Source: a virus
IMG/VR virus record: IMGVR_UViG_3300035676_000002
Coordinates: 1 to 64,000 of that record
Length of the DNA stretch: 64,000 nucleotides
Direction: 5' to 3' (one strand)
Each line of letters begins with the position of its first letter. The stretch's first letter is position 1. Position numbers and translations under genes: made by a program. Positions 45,350 through 56,122 of this stretch are shown here, piece by piece. The notes below the pieces were generated by a model that worked only from the letters and a program-made list of their open reading frames with translations, did not search any database and was not told the DNA's origin.

Positions 45350-45849
45350 TTACAAACAATGAAATTAATTCTATCTACAAGAAGGTCGTTAGTAAGTTTC
45401 ATCCAGAATTGGTTAAGTCTCACCATGTTCTTATTGCCCGTCCTAAAAAGGCAAGCGAGAAAACAGGATCAGTCGTCTACCAATGGAATCTTCATGTTCA
45501 TGGAAAGCCACGCAAGAAGCAGATGCCTTATCTCTTGCTTGGCATCATGGAATTAGAAAATAAACACTGGACTATACGGTACGTTTTTGACGTGCCATAC
45601 GAAGCGGTCTATAAAGCAAAGAATATCTATCTCTGCGAGAGCGTGCGGCGAAGAGGATCGTGGATTGATAAGTACGAACGATTTGTTAAGGGTTTGAATT
45701 TGGTTCCGTCAGACCAATTGGAATACGAAAGGCTCTTGCGGTCCAACCGAAAGCGAAAGCAGAAAGTTGACTTCTCGCAGACACCAGACGGTAGTATTTA
45801 TCCCATTGCCGTGCTGCGTAAGCCAAAAGGAAATGAAGGGTATGTTTAG
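45346..45849 (+). CDS. Basic hypothetical protein
   Basis: ATGA coupling to sbcC. Confidence 0.6.
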   Translation: MITNNEINSIYKKVVSKFHPELVKSHHVLIARPKKASEKTGSVVYQWNLHVHGKPRKKQMPYLLLGIMELENKHWTIRYVFDVPYEAVYKAKNIYLCESVRRRGSWIDKYERFVKGLNLVPSDQLEYERLLRSNRKRKQKVDFSQTPDGSIYPIAVLRKPKGNEGYV

Positions 45850-46249
45850 GCCGAGCGGAAAGTAATTCATTTAGTGCCTCAATAGTCTTACGCCCAACTA
45901 GCCCATCCTCCCTCACTTTATTGGGAATGAAAAAATTAATGGCCTGTTGTAACACGATACCAGCATCGTCTGGACCGGCATTTACATAAAAATCAAAATA
46001 CTTACACGCAATGGGAATATTGTTTATAAGGCCAGCCCGAGAGGGAATCCAGTAATCGGAATAGTAAATTTCTTTTGCTTGCTCTAGGGTAAGACTTTTG
46101 ATATCGAGATTTGGATATTGTTTTTGAGATATTCCAAACTTAGTTGTCCCACCGGGATCATTATGATTTTCGGATAGGGCGGTGCCCTCATTTCGTATTA
46201 CAAAATCAAACGCTGCTTCCCATGCCGCATCATCCTTTATTGCGCCCAC
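45686..46249 (-). CDS. Endolysin, glycoside hydrolase family 108
   Basis: EG....HNDPGGTTKFGI; DGLVGRKT peptidoglycan-binding-type motif. Confidence 0.9.
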   Translation of the reverse strand: MGAIKDDAAWEAAFDFVIRNEGTALSENHNDPGGTTKFGISQKQYPNLDIKSLTLEQAKEIYYSDYWIPSRAGLINNIPIACKYFDFYVNAGPDDAGIVLQQAINFFIPNKVREDGLVGRKTIEALNELLSARPKHTLHFLLAYAARQWDKYYRLVSARSQLSAFAFGWTARAFRIPIGLTEPNSNP

Positions 46250-46767
46250 GGTGGCTTATTCTCCCTTGTGCTTGAAGGCGTATTCTGTACTGCTGGAGTT
46301 GGAGAATATAATGGTCCTAATTCTGGATGCAGTTGGTGCATTCCGGCGTGCGTTTCTTTGTCGAGTCTAATAATTTCGTCAAGGGACGTTTTATTATGGC
46401 TTATTGCTTGGTAATTATCCCACATTTTTTCTATCATATAACCCATAAGCGCAAGTCCAATTGGTAGGATAACGAAGAAAACTTGCCAAATACGAGTACG
46501 GAATGTTTTATTTACTGATATCTCTGAACGAAGTTCTGCCTCTACCAAGTTGACGCGCTCTGTAACAGAATCGCCCCTTCCGCTCCCAAAAACTCGTTCC
46601 TTAACTTCGGACATTTCCTTAGAAATACCTTCCATCGCACGATAAATCTTTTCATGGTGTTCCATATCTGTCTCTGAATGTTCCGAAAACATCCGAGACA
46701 GTACATCTTCAATTCTTTGAACTTCTTGTATAATCTTTCCTGCACCTTGTTCTCTCTTTATTGCCAT
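46237..46767 (-). CDS. Coiled-coil single-TM protein (holin-like)
   Basis: One TM helix; directly upstream of the endolysin. Confidence 0.55.
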   Translation of the reverse strand: MAIKREQGAGKIIQEVQRIEDVLSRMFSEHSETDMEHHEKIYRAMEGISKEMSEVKERVFGSGRGDSVTERVNLVEAELRSEISVNKTFRTRIWQVFFVILPIGLALMGYMIEKMWDNYQAISHNKTSLDEIIRLDKETHAGMHQLHPELGPLYSPTPAVQNTPSSTRENKPPWAQ

Positions 46768-47273
46768 TATTGTGTAGGCGTAGCCGTTGGCGTCCGAGTT
46801 GCCGTTGGTGAGGGAACTTGAGAAACCGCACAGGGGGTGCCGGGAGTCGCTTGCGCTACAACAATATCAGGAACATTATCACAGACATATCGAGCATAAT
46901 CGGTTCCCGTATATTGATTTGCCCCACCATAAGTATACTTGAATGTACCTAGACGATTTTCGGTATTACGTGCATTATTAATGATACGACAATTACACGT
47001 ATTTAACTCAAAAGTCTGTGTTGAGGCAGAAGGCGTTGGGCCAGTAGCGGGGATAGTTACTGCACCAGTCGCCTCATCGGTAATGAAGTATGAAATAGAA
47101 TCCGGCTTTACCGCTACGCCATTCTGATCCTTGAAACTCGCAGAAATAAAGGCACTCGATCCTTCCTTGATATGTGTTGGAAGGTCTTGCGGCTCACCGA
47201 AAGCCAGTGACGGTAATACCAATACCGCTACGTATACAAGGTATCTTTTCATATCATAAGTAATTTGCTTCAT
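46767..47273 (-). CDS. Signal-peptide Ig-like protein with Pro/Thr tail
   Basis: MKRYLVYVAVLVLPSLAFG; beta-rich domain; TPTATPT. Confidence 0.7.
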   Translation of the reverse strand: MKQITYDMKRYLVYVAVLVLPSLAFGEPQDLPTHIKEGSSAFISASFKDQNGVAVKPDSISYFITDEATGAVTIPATGPTPSASTQTFELNTCNCRIINNARNTENRLGTFKYTYGGANQYTGTDYARYVCDNVPDIVVAQATPGTPCAVSQVPSPTATRTPTATPTQ

Positions 47274-47294
47274 TTGAACCTCCAAGTCAAGACA

Positions 47295-50200
47295 TTAAAA
47301 TAGTTTTTTGGGAGAAATATCTGAGAACTTAATTACTCCCTGCTTGATACCGAGGAAGTATGCCTTGACTCTCTGCGGTAATGCCGTTGGCGTAATTGTG
47401 GGCGTCGGGGTACGGGTTGGCGTCAGAGTTTTTGTTGCTGTTGGCTTAGGCGTTGGCGTCTTGGTTGCCGTTGGGTATGGAGTTGGCGTGTAGTTAACCG
47501 AACTCGATGGGCATGAATCAGTAGCAAATAATGTGCTATTACAGATAACCCAATAGTAGTAATTCTGTCCTAGTTTATTCGCATCGAGGTTAACCGTAAA
47601 TGAACGTTCTGTCCCTCCGAATGGACCATTATTGCCCATATACATAATCTGTCCATTTGACGAATACCACGGACCAATGAAGTGCGTCTTGCCCTGTCTG
47701 AATGGTTCATTGGCTCTCCAACGTCCACCCAGACCGTCTTGTGAATCAATATATACAAACTGAGGGGTGGAAAGGCATCGTGTTTCGATATTCTGCCCAC
47801 GCTTACCATCCCCAATGTATCGACCATAGTAGGTATTTTGCTGATATTCTTCCCCGATATTACCCCGTGGAGAACCAACGCCCATATAGAGGTACTGAAC
47901 GCCACTTTCATTGACGTTTTTGTTTGCTCCGGTATTAAAATACTTGTGTCCGCTAGAATGAATAGAATCTAAATCTTCCGCTCCGCTTGATTGCTTAATT
48001 GCACGTAGACCACCCTTGTATCCGCTACATCCTGATGCAAGGTTGCCCTGTAGTATTGTCAAGGTTTCAGCATCGTTACTAAGATGACAGGCTGGCACCC
48101 TAGGCCACAATGGCTCAAGAGTTCCATCTTCCGTGTATGGTCCGGTAATTCCTACTGCTTCGGCGCACCAGTAATATTCATCATTCGATACGTATAGATC
48201 GCCATTTACGTCGCCCATACATAGTCCCGGCGTCCATGTCGGAGTCGGAATAGGGGTATTTGTCGGGGTATCTGTTGGCGTAAATGTAGTTAATACTGGA
48301 ACGTGGGTTCCCGTATATGTTGGCTCTGGCGTTCTTGTGTAGGGAGGTGTCTTAGTCGGAGTTGTTGTATTGACCGGAGTAGTGGTTGGTAGATAGGTTG
48401 GGTTAAAAGCTAGTCTATTGTAATTATAATTATATCCGCTTGAAATTGGAATAGAATTACTTCTCAAGGCGCGAATAGATTCCCAATTTAAACTCTGTCG
48501 AACGTACTCTGTTGAACCGAATTCTGGGAAAACAAGCACGCCTTGCCCAGCTAACCCGTTTCCAGTATATACACCATGACGCAAGAAATACCCAGCATCA
48601 CCATCCCATTTTGAGAATCCTACCCAATGATAGATTTTATCTTTCTGATTAACTCTCCATGCTTCTTTATTGCTTGTATTAACCGGAGCTAGACGTAGGA
48701 GGTTTCCATAAGCTCCAGTTATCATTCCTGTTCCCCAATATCCTTCCGTTAGCGATTTACCACCAGCAAATTGACTTTCATTTGCCCATACAACGGACGG
48801 ATAGTTTTCCTCTGATTTAACAATAATATAAGATGGTTCAAACCCAAGATTGACTTCTTGTAGTTCTCCAGTTCCACGATAACACCCATATCCCATAACC
48901 CCCGGCACAACGGTAATCGGAGGATTTGTGCCCTCAACTGTCGCTGTTGGGGTAGAAGTCGGCGTCCCGCTTGTTGGTGTCGGGGTAGGAGTTTCGGTTG
49001 GCGGCGTTCCCGTTACAGTCGGTGTATAGGTAACGCAGACATACGGAACATCAATATACTCACCCATTGAGGAAATTTCAAACCATGTGGATTTAGGGGG
49101 TGCAGTCCAAATCTCTCCAATAGTTGCATCTCCATAGTCGGCTTGGTCAATTGCATTCTTTTGTGTGGACCCCACATATGAAGTTGCGGAAGCATTTTTA
49201 GAAATAAACCCATATTCAATATTGAGGGTGTCTCCGTCCTGTATCGCAAGTGGAGTAATAGGGATTGGCGCAGATGGTCCGAGGTATTTTAGTCCTTCAC
49301 CGCTTGTTCTCCATTCGTTTGTTGGATCGGTTTCATACCAATTATCAACAAGAGTCCCACGGACGGCTGTTGTTTCCCCTACTGTTACGTAGGCGTGTAC
49401 TTTAAAGAAGAAATCCGCATTGGTATTACTCTCTTGTCCACCCATAGCAAAGTTCAATGTCCCGCTAATTGTCTGCGCTGGGAGCCTAAATGAATGTGCC
49501 TTCCTTAATAGGCTAGAATAGTTCATGGCTGGGTTAGCTTCTGCCATAGACATAGACGACTCAGTGGCAGAGATAGCCCCAAATTGTAAATCTCCATATA
49601 GGGCTGTTGCGTTAATCGCATTCCACGAACCTTGCTGCGATGGGTAACTTGTAACATCCCATAAATTTTCGGTAGTATTATACAGCTTCGTTTGACCATT
49701 AGTAAAAATCTTATTTCCGCAATTCATATACAGATTTTTCATTTCTGTAAATGATAATTCTTTATTAAAAATCATAATGTCGTCATAGTATCCGTCCCAC
49801 GCATTTCCAGCGAAACTGGCGGGTCCAAAATTAAGTGGTTGGTTAACGGGGGTGCCCCTGCATTGCGTTGAGGTTCCCACTTGTGCTGATTCCTCAAATC
49901 CATCCACATAAAGTCGATGCTGGCTCACCCCTGATGGATTTGCCCAAGATGGGGCAGTAGAAACAGCAAAGAAGTGCCAGTTATTATCATCTACGTGCCG
50001 TCCACCAATAAGCGTGCTCGATACACTCGCGCAATCGTTTACGTTATTTCCTGCGTAGAGCGTAAGCGTGCCGTGACTATTCATTACAAGAGTAAGATAG
50101 TTAGCCGCGCCGGTATAGTTACTGAAGATTGTTTCTGGAACCGTAGCTGTATCATGCTTAAACCATCCAGTAATTGTTACCGGATAACGAGTGACAACCT

Positions 50201-53200
50201 CTGCTGGAATAGCAAATCCGGCATTGCCCTCTACGTGAATACCCATACCGCGAACGGCTGGCATGACATTATAAGTTGGGGCAAAACCTCCTTCTGAATA
50301 AACCCCATTTGTGCCGGGATTAATTTGGTTAACCGTTGGATCACCTAAGTTATCATCAAGCCTATAGATGCCAACCGCACTCGTATCGGAGGCGTATGTC
50401 TCGCACTGGTCATAAAAGACAGGCTCCCATGTAGGTGTTTCTGTTGCCGTGCCAGTTGGCGTCGGCGTTGGCGTGTTAGAGGGAGTTACGTAGGGGGTGT
50501 AGGTAGCACAATTCCCATCTCCCATACACGCCTGATTGACGAATTGCCCACCACCCTCACAAGAGCCATATCCACAATACCCAATAAATTGACAACACCA
50601 TCCGGTCGGTATGGGGCTTGGCGTTGGGGTAGGGGTAGCCGTAATGGGGGCAGGAGCCGTATCGGCAAATTCAATACCATATGAAATATTTGTTCCCCCT
50701 GCATCATCTGCATCCGTAATAGCTACAGTAAAATAATCGCCCTGTTGTAACGTAATTTGATTAACTAAATCAGTGCAAGATGTACTTCCCGCCGTAATAG
50801 TGCAAGACGGTCTAGTTCCACTACAGCTTGTCGGTGATGAATTCGCGCTACAAAATGTTACTGTTACTGGATTTGAAATGGAGCTAGCAAGCTTAACATA
50901 AAGATTACGAACTAGAGCAGCTTGATCGACACGATACTCAGTAATAAGTTTATTTGCGGTAGGCGCAATATGTTCATTCACATATCGGATTTGCCCCCAT
51001 TGCCCTAATGGGAATCTGCTAGCAAGGACGTGACCAGTTCCACTGAGGGTGATATTAAATATATTAAACTGTGTAAAAGGAGCATTAGCACTGCTTAAGT
51101 TTTGACCCCTCATTATTAATTCATCTCCAGCATCAAATGAACAATTGCTAGACGTACATGAATTTGCCTTATACTGAGCAAGTCCACCAGTAGCAAAATC
51201 ATTTGCTCCAAATTCAGTAGAATGTCCACCAGTGTTTGCGATACGCATATCTGTTGGGCTAAAAGTTCCATCTTCCATATGCCCAACGCGATATTCCATA
51301 GGATAGGTATGTTGCATAACCCGAAGCTGGTGAGCACGGGTAATACGCGCACTATGCGGTAAGATAAGTCCCGGTCCACCACTATAAGCAGCTAGGTCTA
51401 GATCGTATGGACTTTTAACGGAATACTTAACCGAATAAGCTAATTCTTTTAGACTCGCAGTTCCCCACCATAGGATATCATCCATTGCACTATCATCTTG
51501 TTTCGTAACCGTAAACATTGCATTGCAGCGCCATGTTGCTGTTGAATCCCAATTCCCACTACCGGATTTTGCTACCTTGATAATAGCAGTCTCTTCCCCA
51601 TTATAATCAGCGGTATGTACGGTATCTGAGCACGTCGTTGCACTTGTTCCGCTCATCGTACACGTAAGAGATGTATCAACCCAACCATCTGCAACTGTGT
51701 GTTTTTGTAAAGTAAACACAGCATCATTCGCAAGGACAATAGGGGCGCTACAGGTAATAAACATATTTTTAAGCCTAATTGGTTCTGGAGCTTGAAACAT
51801 GGTTTGGTCAAAAAGGCTCGTAACGGTTGTTTTCCCATTACCCATATACCATGTCGTAGTATTCGCAGCGACATTTGATCCAGAAAAGCTCAAACTCGCC
51901 CTTTCGGGCCATTCTGGGGTTGCTACAACTTTAGGCCAAGGACCGCTTCCTGCCGGTATAACCTCCCACCCGCCTCCTTTTATTGTTCCACCGATATCTC
52001 GATTATCTCCAAAAATATCAAAAGACTCCCCACTCTCAAGGCAACCACCTTGATCTACCGCCGAACAGTAGTTTTCCCCCTGCGTACCATTAATTGCACA
52101 CGTACTAACTCTATCATTATAATATTCTGGAACTGCTTCAGTATTTGTGTTTGCCCGATTAAATCCAACAACAGAATTTCCAACATTCGATCCAGTAATA
52201 AAAAAGAATCCATTATGTATACATAGGGCATGAGGCGCTATGTACCCGACATAGTTCGTAAAATCAAATATTGAATTAAAGCCTAGATTATCACGGTCGC
52301 TCGTAGCGCCGCCAGCAACTCCGGCTAGTTGCTCCCATTGCAAACCCCATCCACCACCAACATCTGTCGGCCCATATTCAAGAAAAAGCCGAACGTACCA
52401 ATTCCCGTTATATGATCCACGATAAGATCGAACAGTAACCTTATCACCTCTATCAAAAGTACAATTTTGCGTACACGTATTATCATATCCAGTTGGACTA
52501 GCATTATTGATCGTAATAGTAAGATCGGATGCTTTGTCTTGAGTAATATTATAAATTTGCATCGTGAGGGAATCGTTCGCGTTACCGGCCATTGGTGTAG
52601 GCGTAGTTGATCCACCATAAGAAGCAGCAGAAATACCAGTCCATCTACCTGAGAGTGGCATTATCCAATAGTATTTATTTTTATCTGTTCCACCAAATTG
52701 ATAATCTCGCGCAAGCGTTCCATAGCTATAATTACCTGCACTCGTCCCATCTACGGAATCAAAACTTCCGCCACCAGCATTGAACAAATGGTAGTGTGCC
52801 CCGCTGCCACCATTTTGAACTTGCTCAAATGTTGCCGTATATTGAAAAGAATTTGACGCTGCTGTAATTTTAATAGAAAATAAATCCCCAGCAGCAAAAT
52901 CAACCGAATTGGACGAGTCCGAACATTTAGTTAGGCCAGCCGATATGCTGCACGTTACCGCTGTATCGGCTTGATTTTTTCTTAAGGTAAATGTTGCTCC
53001 ATTAGCAATAGCAGAGGGGGATAGAATCCTCATATTCTGCAATCGTTTTGCATTAGGCATTACGCCACTATGCATTAATTCATTATTATTACATGGATTA
53101 TTGCCGTCATTATTAATACAATAATTGGGATTTCCAGCCGTTGTATTAAAATAGCCAGTAATCATCAAAAGTGGAATATCTGCTGGCGTAAATACTGGTT

Positions 53201-55556
53201 TTAGCGTTGGGGTAATTGTAGGCGTAGAGGTTTGTGCCGGTGTTGACGTAACGGTACTTGTTGGAGCAACCCCAGAAAAGCAAGCTGGGGTGCTATTTCT
53301 ATACGGATGTGCGGTTGGGAGTACGGTAGCGATACCCCACTTGTGGGCAAGATATCCCTGCACTGTCTCTCTGTTTGCTTGGGAGAGGCTTGATCCGTAA
53401 ACGATAATTTCTGCAACTTTAGCTTTCGCATCGGGAGTTCCAGCAGATGCACCAAGCTGGATATCTGTATATCCGGTTCGTGTTGTGCCGGGATTGACTG
53501 TGCTGACATTTGCTCCATTGAATGATAGCTTGCTTGATGACCCATTCCATTCGATAAAATTCTGGAACCACCCAGAAACAGCAGTTGTTCCAATAACAGA
53601 GCCATTATAAACAAAACATGATCCAGAGGATGCATTATCGCACTTAATTAGGGCATATCCATCACTACGACCTAGAAGGCTATTGTAGTTCTGCACCGTA
53701 TCGAGTTTTGCAACAATAAAAACGTCTGCCGGGAAAGCAATATTTGAAAAAACATCACTTTGCAATATGTCACTTCCGTCGAAAGTAATTGCCCCAAGTC
53801 CGTTTTGGACATTGCCATTCCATATTGGCTTGCTAGTATTACTTCCGGCGCTATTGAGGGCGTCATAATGAAGCGTTCCATAATCATGCCAATTGCTAAT
53901 ATATTGTCCCTCGCTAAATGGAACCGCATCAGCTTGATACCATAATTTCGGTGCAGCAACGTTGTACGCACATCCTGTTGGAGTTGACGTTGCTGTGCCG
54001 GTTGATGTTGCCGTACTTGTTGGAGTTGCCGTTCTTGTCGGTGTTCGCGTTAGGGTCGCAGTTGGAGTATTGGTAGACGCTGGAGTTGGTGTTTGAGTCG
54101 ATGAATTAAAACAAGACCAAACCTCAAATTGCATAAAATCTACATAATTTGTTCCAGCATTCCAATATGGAGTAGTTTGTATTCCTGTTCCGAATAGTCC
54201 GTCATTGACAATCCAGTGATCGGGCGTTGTTCCCCATAGATCAGTAGCCCCACCGAAGCACGTTTCTGTTCGTGAAGCTGGCATGGCGACAGTTTGATAG
54301 GCCGGTCCCTTATCATTCCCATATACTGTATTGCCGGTTCCAATGCCATTGTTTTGAAATAGATTAACAGAATCCTGCCATCCAGTTCCACCAGTTCCGG
54401 TTCCGTACCATGTTACGCATAGCTTAAATCCCTTAATCGTTGCCCCAAATGATACTAATGGGCCATATCGGCAAACTAAGTAGTCGCTTACGGAGTTACT
54501 TCCACCCGTCACACTAGCGTAGGTAGAATTATCGCTATGACCTTCGGCGGGATTTGTCCAGTTCAAGTCTGGTCCAGTATGATTTTCACATATCCACGGA
54601 GTTGCCGTAACATGAATTAGTTCCTCACCGGGATTATCGCATCCCGGCACAATTGTTGGCGTTGGCGTCGGCGTAGAGGTTGGCGTGCTGGTAAAAGTAG
54701 ACGTTGAAGTAGGAGTAAACGTATTTGTTTCTGTAGGCGTCGGCGTATTAGTAGGAGCTTCCGGTGCTGCATAACATACAACAAGTCTATTCCCGCATCC
54801 GACTCCTCCATTTGGTTCACTAGGAATTGTGCATTGTGCTAGCTTTGTTCGATGTTGGATAAAGTAAAGATTCGCTGGGTTATGAGCGGATAGTCCAAGG
54901 CGTAATTCAGTGCGACCGCTTGTGTTAATGCCAGCGAGATTATTAAATGGAATAATAACGTGAGTTCCCTCTGATGTATCGCCATAGGCATTATAGTTTT
55001 CGTATGATTGAAGAAGATACGAATTTAGATTATAACTAAAAGCAGTTCCGGCAACCTGATTGTTTGCTGGAGCATCTGCGCTTGTGCAGGTCGATCCCCA
55101 AGTGTAATAGTCTGCTGTGTAAGCCGCATCGGCATCGAAATTAGGTGGTCCACATGGAGTTGACGTGCTCCACCGATATCCGCACTCATTCCCACTCCAC
55201 ATAGAATCATACCACCGATAAACACCAGAATCTTGCAACCATAATGAGGCTGAAATAATTGATTGCCCCGGTGGAATATTACCAGATAATGCAGATGTAT
55301 CGAATGACAATAAGTACCCACGATACATTCCGCTATCTGTTAAATCTTCATTCCATTCAATTTCCATAAAACCGGGATTATGGAATCCACACGTTACCGA
55401 TGATGGATTTCCAATTGTTCCATAGTTCATCTGTGCTTGGTCAGCATCCGTTTCTCCCAAATAGAAAGTATCGCACGCTCCGTAAGCGGGACGAACAGCA
55501 GTAACCGCACTAATAATAAAGAATAAACCAGTAATAATATTTCGTAATTTAGGCAT
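47295..55556 (-). CDS. Giant (2753 aa) modular fibre/adhesin-like protein
   Basis: Signal peptide; Pro/Thr linkers; LamG-like domains (DDNNWHFFAV...LYVDG...DDIMIFNKELS); repeated beta-sandwich units; YxGxG...GFEP phage fibre-type C-terminal domain; CMGDVNGD dockerin-like motif. Confidence 0.85.
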   Translation of the reverse strand: MPKLRNIITGLFFIISAVTAVRPAYGACDTFYLGETDADQAQMNYGTIGNPSSVTCGFHNPGFMEIEWNEDLTDSGMYRGYLLSFDTSALSGNIPPGQSIISASLWLQDSGVYRWYDSMWSGNECGYRWSTSTPCGPPNFDADAAYTADYYTWGSTCTSADAPANNQVAGTAFSYNLNSYLLQSYENYNAYGDTSEGTHVIIPFNNLAGINTSGRTELRLGLSAHNPANLYFIQHRTKLAQCTIPSEPNGGVGCGNRLVVCYAAPEAPTNTPTPTETNTFTPTSTSTFTSTPTSTPTPTPTIVPGCDNPGEELIHVTATPWICENHTGPDLNWTNPAEGHSDNSTYASVTGGSNSVSDYLVCRYGPLVSFGATIKGFKLCVTWYGTGTGGTGWQDSVNLFQNNGIGTGNTVYGNDKGPAYQTVAMPASRTETCFGGATDLWGTTPDHWIVNDGLFGTGIQTTPYWNAGTNYVDFMQFEVWSCFNSSTQTPTPASTNTPTATLTRTPTRTATPTSTATSTGTATSTPTGCAYNVAAPKLWYQADAVPFSEGQYISNWHDYGTLHYDALNSAGSNTSKPIWNGNVQNGLGAITFDGSDILQSDVFSNIAFPADVFIVAKLDTVQNYNSLLGRSDGYALIKCDNASSGSCFVYNGSVIGTTAVSGWFQNFIEWNGSSSKLSFNGANVSTVNPGTTRTGYTDIQLGASAGTPDAKAKVAEIIVYGSSLSQANRETVQGYLAHKWGIATVLPTAHPYRNSTPACFSGVAPTSTVTSTPAQTSTPTITPTLKPVFTPADIPLLMITGYFNTTAGNPNYCINNDGNNPCNNNELMHSGVMPNAKRLQNMRILSPSAIANGATFTLRKNQADTAVTCSISAGLTKCSDSSNSVDFAAGDLFSIKITAASNSFQYTATFEQVQNGGSGAHYHLFNAGGGSFDSVDGTSAGNYSYGTLARDYQFGGTDKNKYYWIMPLSGRWTGISAASYGGSTTPTPMAGNANDSLTMQIYNITQDKASDLTITINNASPTGYDNTCTQNCTFDRGDKVTVRSYRGSYNGNWYVRLFLEYGPTDVGGGWGLQWEQLAGVAGGATSDRDNLGFNSIFDFTNYVGYIAPHALCIHNGFFFITGSNVGNSVVGFNRANTNTEAVPEYYNDRVSTCAINGTQGENYCSAVDQGGCLESGESFDIFGDNRDIGGTIKGGGWEVIPAGSGPWPKVVATPEWPERASLSFSGSNVAANTTTWYMGNGKTTVTSLFDQTMFQAPEPIRLKNMFITCSAPIVLANDAVFTLQKHTVADGWVDTSLTCTMSGTSATTCSDTVHTADYNGEETAIIKVAKSGSGNWDSTATWRCNAMFTVTKQDDSAMDDILWWGTASLKELAYSVKYSVKSPYDLDLAAYSGGPGLILPHSARITRAHQLRVMQHTYPMEYRVGHMEDGTFSPTDMRIANTGGHSTEFGANDFATGGLAQYKANSCTSSNCSFDAGDELIMRGQNLSSANAPFTQFNIFNITLSGTGHVLASRFPLGQWGQIRYVNEHIAPTANKLITEYRVDQAALVRNLYVKLASSISNPVTVTFCSANSSPTSCSGTRPSCTITAGSTSCTDLVNQITLQQGDYFTVAITDADDAGGTNISYGIEFADTAPAPITATPTPTPSPIPTGWCCQFIGYCGYGSCEGGGQFVNQACMGDGNCATYTPYVTPSNTPTPTPTGTATETPTWEPVFYDQCETYASDTSAVGIYRLDDNLGDPTVNQINPGTNGVYSEGGFAPTYNVMPAVRGMGIHVEGNAGFAIPAEVVTRYPVTITGWFKHDTATVPETIFSNYTGAANYLTLVMNSHGTLTLYAGNNVNDCASVSSTLIGGRHVDDNNWHFFAVSTAPSWANPSGVSQHRLYVDGFEESAQVGTSTQCRGTPVNQPLNFGPASFAGNAWDGYYDDIMIFNKELSFTEMKNLYMNCGNKIFTNGQTKLYNTTENLWDVTSYPSQQGSWNAINATALYGDLQFGAISATESSMSMAEANPAMNYSSLLRKAHSFRLPAQTISGTLNFAMGGQESNTNADFFFKVHAYVTVGETTAVRGTLVDNWYETDPTNEWRTSGEGLKYLGPSAPIPITPLAIQDGDTLNIEYGFISKNASATSYVGSTQKNAIDQADYGDATIGEIWTAPPKSTWFEISSMGEYIDVPYVCVTYTPTVTGTPPTETPTPTPTSGTPTSTPTATVEGTNPPITVVPGVMGYGCYRGTGELQEVNLGFEPSYIIVKSEENYPSVVWANESQFAGGKSLTEGYWGTGMITGAYGNLLRLAPVNTSNKEAWRVNQKDKIYHWVGFSKWDGDAGYFLRHGVYTGNGLAGQGVLVFPEFGSTEYVRQSLNWESIRALRSNSIPISSGYNYNYNRLAFNPTYLPTTTPVNTTTPTKTPPYTRTPEPTYTGTHVPVLTTFTPTDTPTNTPIPTPTWTPGLCMGDVNGDLYVSNDEYYWCAEAVGITGPYTEDGTLEPLWPRVPACHLSNDAETLTILQGNLASGCSGYKGGLRAIKQSSGAEDLDSIHSSGHKYFNTGANKNVNESGVQYLYMGVGSPRGNIGEEYQQNTYYGRYIGDGKRGQNIETRCLSTPQFVYIDSQDGLGGRWRANEPFRQGKTHFIGPWYSSNGQIMYMGNNGPFGGTERSFTVNLDANKLGQNYYYWVICNSTLFATDSCPSSSVNYTPTPYPTATKTPTPKPTATKTLTPTRTPTPTITPTALPQRVKAYFLGIKQGVIKFSDISPKKLF

Positions 55557-56113
55557 TAGTTCAGCCTCGGCACACAAGCAGCATTAGGCATAAAAGCGCA
55601 TGGAGTAGGGCACGAATCAGGACCATTCGGAGGAACGCAACTTGCCCCATCTGGGCACGTACAACAGCCGGGGATTGGCGAAGGAGTAGGCGTAGGAGAA
55701 AGGTATGGGGTAAAAGTCCGTGTTGGCGTATACGTGAACTGTGGCGTTAACGTTGGTGTCGGCGTGCTCGTATAGAGCGGAGTAAAGGTTGCGGTAAAAG
55801 TAACGGTTGGCGTATGGGTATTTGTCGGCGTTAACGTTGGTGTCGCTGTTGGCGTGCTTGTAGAAGTGTAGGTCAATACCGGAGTTAACGTAACTGTTGG
55901 CGTATTTGTAAACGTCGGAGTTGGAGTAAATGACGGTGTTGGCGTTAGGGTGATCGTTGGCGTATTGCTTGGGGTAACTCCAGCCGCATCCCACAATTCT
56001 CCCGGTTGATCCCATACTTGCCCACCCACGTCCCATTGAACATAAAGAGCATAGGCTACGCTAGAAAGAACAATAAGGATTCCTAAAACATAGATCCATC
56101 TTCTAGCGAACAT
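55556..56113 (-). CDS. Secreted mucin-like Pro/Thr protein with Cys-rich C-terminus
   Basis: Signal peptide ending VAYA; long TPT run; CCxC..SC..SC..C..C. Confidence 0.75.
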   Translation of the reverse strand: MFARRWIYVLGILIVLSSVAYALYVQWDVGGQVWDQPGELWDAAGVTPSNTPTITLTPTPSFTPTPTFTNTPTVTLTPVLTYTSTSTPTATPTLTPTNTHTPTVTFTATFTPLYTSTPTPTLTPQFTYTPTRTFTPYLSPTPTPSPIPGCCTCPDGASCVPPNGPDSCPTPCAFMPNAACVPRLN

Positions 56114-56122
56114 TAATTATCC

